A stretch of DNA of 64,000 nt, from the NCBI GenBank assembly GCA_963762145.1, contig CAVXJS010000015.1, positions 288,001 to 352,000 on the forward strand, in the 5' to 3' direction. Source of the DNA: an uncultured Candidatus Rokubacteria bacterium (GTDB lineage Bacteria; Methylomirabilota; Methylomirabilia; Rokubacteriales; CSP1-6). The notes beneath the pieces were generated by a model, which was given only the letters and a program-made list of their open reading frames with translations, was not told the origin of the DNA and did not search any database. Positions 58,802 to 64,000 of the stretch are shown piece by piece (the stretch's first letter is position 1; each line of letters begins with the position of its first letter). The position numbers and the translations under genes are program-made.

Positions 58802-60202
58802 ATGGCGGTGAAACCTCAGATCCTGATCGTCGACGACGAGGAAGATTCGCGCGCCGCGCTCGAGACCCTGCTCGGCACGTGGGGCTACGCGACGGACGTC
58901 GCGTCCCAGGGACGGGAAGCGCTCGACAAAGCGCCGAACATGCGCCCCTCGCTCGTCATCACCGATCTCATGATGCCGGACATGGACGGCCTGACCCTCC
59001 TGAGCGCGCTGCAGCAGGAGATGCCGAGGGTGCCGGTCATCATCCTCACCGGGCGGGCGACGGTCGATACAGCGGTGGGCGCGATGCGACAGGGCGCCTA
59101 CGACTACCTGACGAAGCCGGTGGATCTGGACCGGCTCCGGCTGCTGATCGAGAAGGCCCTCGACCGGGCCAGAACCCTGGACGAGATCACGATCCTGCGG
59201 CGACGCGTGAAGGACGTCTGGGGCATGGGTCGGCTGATCGGCCGCAGCGGGCCCATGCAGGATGTCCACCGCCTGATCGAGCAGGCCGCGGCCACCGCCG
59301 CGCCGGTGCTGATCCACGGGGAGACCGGCACCGGCAAGGAACTGGTGGCCCGCACGCTGCACGAGCTGTCGGGGCGCGCGGCCGGTCCCTTCGTGGCGGT
59401 CAACTGCGCGGCCATGCCGGAGACGCTGCTCGAGAGCGAGATCTTCGGCCACGAGCGGGGCGCCTTCACGGACGCGCGCGATCGGCGCGAGGGCTGTTTC
59501 GAGCTGGCCCACGGCGGCACCCTCCTGCTCGACGAGGTCGCCGAGATGGCCCCCGGGACCCAGGCCAAGTTCCTCCGCGTGCTCGAGGAGGGCTCGTTCC
59601 GGCGCCTCGGAGGCAAGAGCGAGATCAAGGTGGACGTGCGGGTGATCGCCGCCACCAACAAGGACCCGATCGCGGCCATGAAGGACGGGGCGTTCCGCGA
59701 GGACCTGTACTACCGCCTGAACGTCTTCACTCTCGCGGTGCCTCCGCTGCGCCAGCGGATCGAGGATATTCCCTTGATCGTGACCGGCTTCATCGAGGAG
59801 TTCAACGGCAAGTACGACAAGCGGATCACCGGCGCCGACGACGGCACGCTCAAGATCCTGATGGCGCACGCCTGGCCCGGCAATGTCCGCGAGCTGCGCA
59901 ACGTGGTGGAGCGAGCCTTCATCGCCTGCGAGGGCGACGTGCTCACCCCCCGTTACCTGCCGAACACCTCGCCGGTCGCGGCCACCACCGCGTGGAGCGG
60001 CGATCCCGACGCCCTCACCGTCCCGATCGGGCTGCCCCTGCGAGAGGTCGAGAAGCAGTTCGTGCTGCGCACCCTGGCCGCCGAGAACAACAACAAGACC
60101 CGGGCCGCCGAGCGCCTCGCGATCAGCACCAAGACGCTCCACAACATGCTGCAGCGCTGGGGGCTGCTGGGCCGCACGGCCGCCTCGCGGGCAGGGTCGT
60201 GA
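58802..60202 (+). CDS. Sigma54-dependent response regulator (NtrC family; REC-AAA-Fis HTH)
   Basis: REC (VDDE, DLMMP, LTKP), GETGTGKE, GAFTDA, LLDEV, WPGNVREL, HTH. Confidence 0.95.
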   Translation: MAVKPQILIVDDEEDSRAALETLLGTWGYATDVASQGREALDKAPNMRPSLVITDLMMPDMDGLTLLSALQQEMPRVPVIILTGRATVDTAVGAMRQGAYDYLTKPVDLDRLRLLIEKALDRARTLDEITILRRRVKDVWGMGRLIGRSGPMQDVHRLIEQAAATAAPVLIHGETGTGKELVARTLHELSGRAAGPFVAVNCAAMPETLLESEIFGHERGAFTDARDRREGCFELAHGGTLLLDEVAEMAPGTQAKFLRVLEEGSFRRLGGKSEIKVDVRVIAATNKDPIAAMKDGAFREDLYYRLNVFTLAVPPLRQRIEDIPLIVTGFIEEFNGKYDKRITGADDGTLKILMAHAWPGNVRELRNVVERAFIACEGDVLTPRYLPNTSPVAATTAWSGDPDALTVPIGLPLREVEKQFVLRTLAAENNNKTRAAERLAISTKTLHNMLQRWGLLGRTAASRAGS

Positions 60203-60561
60203 TCCGCGTGGAGGACCGAGCCCCCGAGGCCCATGCGAGCCCGATCCAGAAGCTTGCCGAGCTCGAGGAGGCGATCGGACGGCTTCCCGACCTGTCCGAC
60301 GAGACCCGCGCGGCCCTGACGAGCCGGGTGACGGCGCTGCAGGCGTCTCTCGAGACGGAGCACCGCGCGGATCGGGAGCAGCGGCACCAGATGAGCCACG
60401 ACCTCCGGACCCCCCTCAACGCGATCGCGGGCTGGACTCACATTCTCCGGCTCGACGCGACGACCTCCGGGACCGTCCTGCGCGCGGCGGAGGTGTTCGA
60501 CCGGAACGTGAGGATCCTGACGCGACTGATCGATACCTACACGGACGACGCGGGCCGCTAG
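60199..60561 (+). CDS. Stand-alone HisKA/DHp-domain protein
   Basis: GTG overlaps the NtrC stop (GTGA); MSHDLRTPLNAIAGW H-box; ends with no HATPase domain. Confidence 0.72.
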   Translation: MIRVEDRAPEAHASPIQKLAELEEAIGRLPDLSDETRAALTSRVTALQASLETEHRADREQRHQMSHDLRTPLNAIAGWTHILRLDATTSGTVLRAAEVFDRNVRILTRLIDTYTDDAGR

Positions 60562-62456
60562 CGCGGCACCGCGGCGTCGATCACCTCCGCCAGGCGCGCC
60601 GGATCCACCGGCTTCACGAGGTGCGTGTCGAACCCCGCTTCCCGTGACCGCCGGTAGTCGTCCGGCAGGCCGTAGCCGGTGAGGGCCACCAGCCGCACCG
60701 GCCGGCCATGCTCGTCCGCCCGCACGCGCCGGGCTACCTCGTAGCCGTCGAGGCCCGGTAGCCCCACGTCGATCAGGGCGATGTCCGGTCGGACCCGGAG
60801 GATCGCCTCGACCCCGGCCGGCCCGTCCGCGGCTTCGTGCACCTCGTGCCCGGCGCGCTCGAGGAGGTACCGGAGCATGTCGCGGCTGTCCCGGGTGTCC
60901 TCGACGATGAGGATTCGCCGCGACCTCGCGTGGGGCGCGGCCGCCATCTCCGAGACCTTGGCCGGCTCGGGGACCTGGGGCAGCTCCACGACGACCGTGC
61001 TGCCGAGCCCCGGCCCCGGGCTTCGCATCTCGACTCGACCCCCGTGCTGCTCGGCGAGGCGCCGCACCAGGGTCAACCCGATGCCGAGGCCGCCTTCCGC
61101 CCGGTCGAGGGTCCGCTCGCCCTGGAAGAAGAGGTCGAAGGCCCGCTCGATCATGTGCGGCGTCATGCCGGCGCCGGTGTCCGCCACCGTGAGCCGTCCC
61201 ATGGATCCGTCGCCGCGCACCGTGACCTCGATGCGCCCGCCTCTCGGCGTGTACTTGACCGCGTTCGAGAGCAGGTTCATGACGATCTGCTCCACCCGCG
61301 ACTGATCGGCCAGGACCCAGGTGGGCTCGGCCCGCACCGTGACCGCGTGATGGGGCGCCTCGCCGGGAGGCATGAGGCCCGCGACGCATCGCTCCGCGGT
61401 CTCGGCGAGGTCCACCGGCACGCGGACCAGGTTGATCTTGCCGGTGCTGACGCGGCCCACGTCGAGCAAATCGTCCACCAGCCGGCCGAGCTGGCGGACC
61501 TGCCGGGCGATGACCTCCTGCGCCTTCAGCGCGGGCTGGTCCCGGGTCCCCTGCACGTCGAGCACGCGCACCGCGCTGCCGATCACGTCGAGCGGATTGC
61601 GCAGCTCGTGGCCGAGCATCGCAAGGAACTCGTCCTTGGCCCGGTTGGTCGCCTCCGCTTCCTCTCGCGCCTCCTGCTCGCGCGCGAAGAGGGCGGCGCG
61701 GACCTGGGCGGCCTGGCGCTCGATGGTGATGTCGCTGACGATGCACACGAGACCGGTCACCGCGTCGCCGTCGAGCACCGGATCCACGAGCAGTCGGAAC
61801 CAGCCCTGGTCCCGCTGCACGTCGAGGGTCTGCCGCCGCCGGCTCTGCTCCACCCGCGTGGTGAGGGACGGCTCGTCGCCGCCGCCCAGCTGCTGCCAGA
61901 TGTCGGCCCAGGGCCGGCCCACCAGATCGGCGGGCGCGACACCGACGAGCGCCCCGAACGCGCCGTTGCACCGCACGATCGCGCCGCCGGCGTTCAGGAG
62001 GCAGATGCCGTCGCCGATGGCGTCGAAGGTGGCCTGCCACTCGCGGTTGGCCGCCCGCAGCCCTTCCTCGGCGCGACGGAGCCGCAGCAGCGAGTGAATG
62101 GTTGCGAGCAGGACGGCGGGCTCGACCGGGTCGGTGAGGTAGCTGTCCGCGCCGCCCGCGTAGGCAAGATCCTGGGCCTTGTCGCTGACGAACGTCGCGG
62201 AGATGTGCACGATCGGCACCGTGAGGGTCTCGGGATGTGCCCGGAGCCGCCGGCAGACCTCGAACCCGTCGATGTCGGGCAGGTTCACATCCAGCAGGAT
62301 CAAGACCGGCCGGCTCTCCGCCGCGATCCGGAGCGCCTCCGCGCCGGTACCCGCCTGCAAGACCTCGAACCCCGCGCGCTTCAGCATCTCGGTGCGCGCA
62401 TATTGCGATGCTTCGTAGTCGTCCACGTTGAGGATGAGACCGCGTGACTCGGTCAC
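60558..62456 (-). CDS. Hybrid histidine kinase REC-PAS-HisKA-HATPase-REC
   Basis: N-terminal REC, PAS, GHELRNPL, NLLSNAVKYT, GLGIGL, C-terminal REC. Confidence 0.93.
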   Translation of the reverse strand: MTESRGLILNVDDYEASQYARTEMLKRAGFEVLQAGTGAEALRIAAESRPVLILLDVNLPDIDGFEVCRRLRAHPETLTVPIVHISATFVSDKAQDLAYAGGADSYLTDPVEPAVLLATIHSLLRLRRAEEGLRAANREWQATFDAIGDGICLLNAGGAIVRCNGAFGALVGVAPADLVGRPWADIWQQLGGGDEPSLTTRVEQSRRRQTLDVQRDQGWFRLLVDPVLDGDAVTGLVCIVSDITIERQAAQVRAALFAREQEAREEAEATNRAKDEFLAMLGHELRNPLDVIGSAVRVLDVQGTRDQPALKAQEVIARQVRQLGRLVDDLLDVGRVSTGKINLVRVPVDLAETAERCVAGLMPPGEAPHHAVTVRAEPTWVLADQSRVEQIVMNLLSNAVKYTPRGGRIEVTVRGDGSMGRLTVADTGAGMTPHMIERAFDLFFQGERTLDRAEGGLGIGLTLVRRLAEQHGGRVEMRSPGPGLGSTVVVELPQVPEPAKVSEMAAAPHARSRRILIVEDTRDSRDMLRYLLERAGHEVHEAADGPAGVEAILRVRPDIALIDVGLPGLDGYEVARRVRADEHGRPVRLVALTGYGLPDDYRRSREAGFDTHLVKPVDPARLAEVIDAAVPR

Positions 62457-64000
62457 CGAGCGGCCTCCCCGGCGGGCGGGGCCGACAGGGCGGCCCGAAG
62501 GTCGTCGGCCGAGTCGCCGGTCGCCAGCGCCTGCTTGGAGAGGATCCGGAGCGCGTGGGGAGCCAGCCGCCGCCGGTCCTCATCGCTGAGGGTCTTCGAG
62601 GTCAGGACCACCACCGGGATGTCCATCGTGGCCGGATCCTCCTTCAGCCGCTCTAGCACGTCGAATCCGGACATCTCGGGCATCACGAGGTCGAGCACGA
62701 TGGCGTCGGGACGCTCCGCCCGGGCGTCGCGCAGGCCTTCCACCGGGCCGGCCGCTTCCCGGACGTCGAAGGTGGTTCCGGCCAGATGGGTCCGGACGAG
62801 ATAGCGGGAGATCTCGTCGTCGTCGATCACGAGGACGCGGCGGCCGCCGGGCTCCCGGTCGAGCAGACGGTTCAGGGTGCCGAGCAGCCAGGCCGGGTGT
62901 ACCGGCTTGATCGCGTAGGCGCTGGCTCCCAGGGTCAGGCCCTTGGCGTGATCGTCGATGCTGGACACCACCACGATCGGCATGGTGCGGGTGTCGTCGC
63001 GGCGCCGCACCTCGCTGATGAACGCCCAGGCGTCCTCGCCCTGGAGACGGATGTCGAGCACCATCGCGACCGGACGCAGATGGTCGATCAGGCGCCGAGC
63101 GTCCGGGAGGGTGCGGGCCGCCACCGCCTGGAAGGACGAGCCGCGGAAGTAGTGCTCGTAGAGCAGGAGATCCTGGGCGCTGTCTTCCACGACCAGCACC
63201 GGCACGCGTCCCGCTTCGATCGGCTCGACGGGCCGGATGGTGCCGGCCTCGGCCTCGACCGCGTAGCACGCCGGGATCCGTGGCGGTGAACGTGGATCCG
63301 ACCCCCACGGCGCTCTCGAGGGTGATGCGGCCGCCGAGCAGCGCGGCCAGCCGCCGGACCAGCGGCAGGCCGAGCCCGGTTCCCCTCACGCGGCGCTGGA
63401 CCGGGTTCTCGATCTGGCGCGAACTCCTCGAAGATGCGCTGCTGGTCCTCGGCCGCGATGCCGATGCCGGTGTCGGCCACCGAGAAGTCGACCATGCCGT
63501 CTTGCAACCGTCCGCGCGCTCACCCGGATCTCGCCGCGCTCGGTGAACTTGAGCGCGTTGGAGAGCAGGTTGCGCAGGATCTGCGAGACCTTCCCCTCGT
63601 CGGTGTGCAAGAGCGGGCAGGCCGTCCGGCTCCTCGAAGACGAGGGTGACCGACTCGTTCAGGAGCAGGGGCCGCAGCATGCCGCGCAGCGCGGCGAAGA
63701 GGTCCCGGACGTCGAACTCGGCGGGACGGATCACGATCTTGCCCGCCTCGACCTTGGCGAGGTCGAGCAGGTCGTTCACCAGCTCGGTGAGATCCTCGGC
63801 GGCCTGGCGGATGTAGCCGACCTGGCGCCGCTGCTCGGCGGTGAGCGGGCGCTCCGCGTCCTCGAGGAGCAAGCGCGAGAGGGCCAGCATCGAGTTGAGC
63901 GGCGTCCGGAACTCGTGGCTCATGTTCGAGAGGAACCGCGACTTCATCTCGTCGGCGCGCCGGAGGGTGTCCGCCTTCTCGTCCAGCTCCGCGTAGAGGG
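62453..64000 (-). CDS. Hybrid histidine kinase HisKA-HATPase-REC-REC, 5'-truncated by the window edge, frameshifted
   Basis: LYAELDEKADTLRRADEMKSRFLSNMSHEFRTPLNS, NLLSNALKFT, GTGLGL, two REC domains. Confidence 0.88.

Noticed and set aside
1-64000. tRNA, rRNA, riboswitch (e.g. glycine riboswitch before gcvT), prophage or IS transposase
   Set aside because: None recognised by eye; gcvT has only ~25 bp of upstream spacer. A covariance-model scan would be needed to exclude small RNAs

Overview
High-GC bacterial chromosomal segment. Gene content and style suggest Candidatus Rokubacteria/Methylomirabilota, which is an inference. It is mostly housekeeping: tandem M20 amidohydrolases, thyX, lgt, a complete tolQRAB-pal-cpoB operon, a Gld-like ABC system, fhs, pepA, a lipoate ligase with gcvTHPAPB, and a DUF1445/pxpBC/aminotransferase/pxpA operon. 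It also carries an ECF42-YciI pair, a 1525-aa secreted FecR-domain repeat protein, and a signalling block at the right end (sigma54 activator, stand-alone HisKA protein, two hybrid kinases). Many genes carry single-base frameshifts in clusters, probably assembly or read errors. No rRNA, tRNA, CRISPR, transposase or prophage was recognised. The most interesting signal is a set of seven sigma54 (-24/-12) promoter matches. Four of them have a shared degenerate palindrome (CGGTAA-N3-TTACCG) about 70-130 bp upstream. They point to a sigma54-run stress regulon, possibly fed by a stressosome-type kinase at the window edge. Several REP-like miniature elements are also present, some inside coding sequence.
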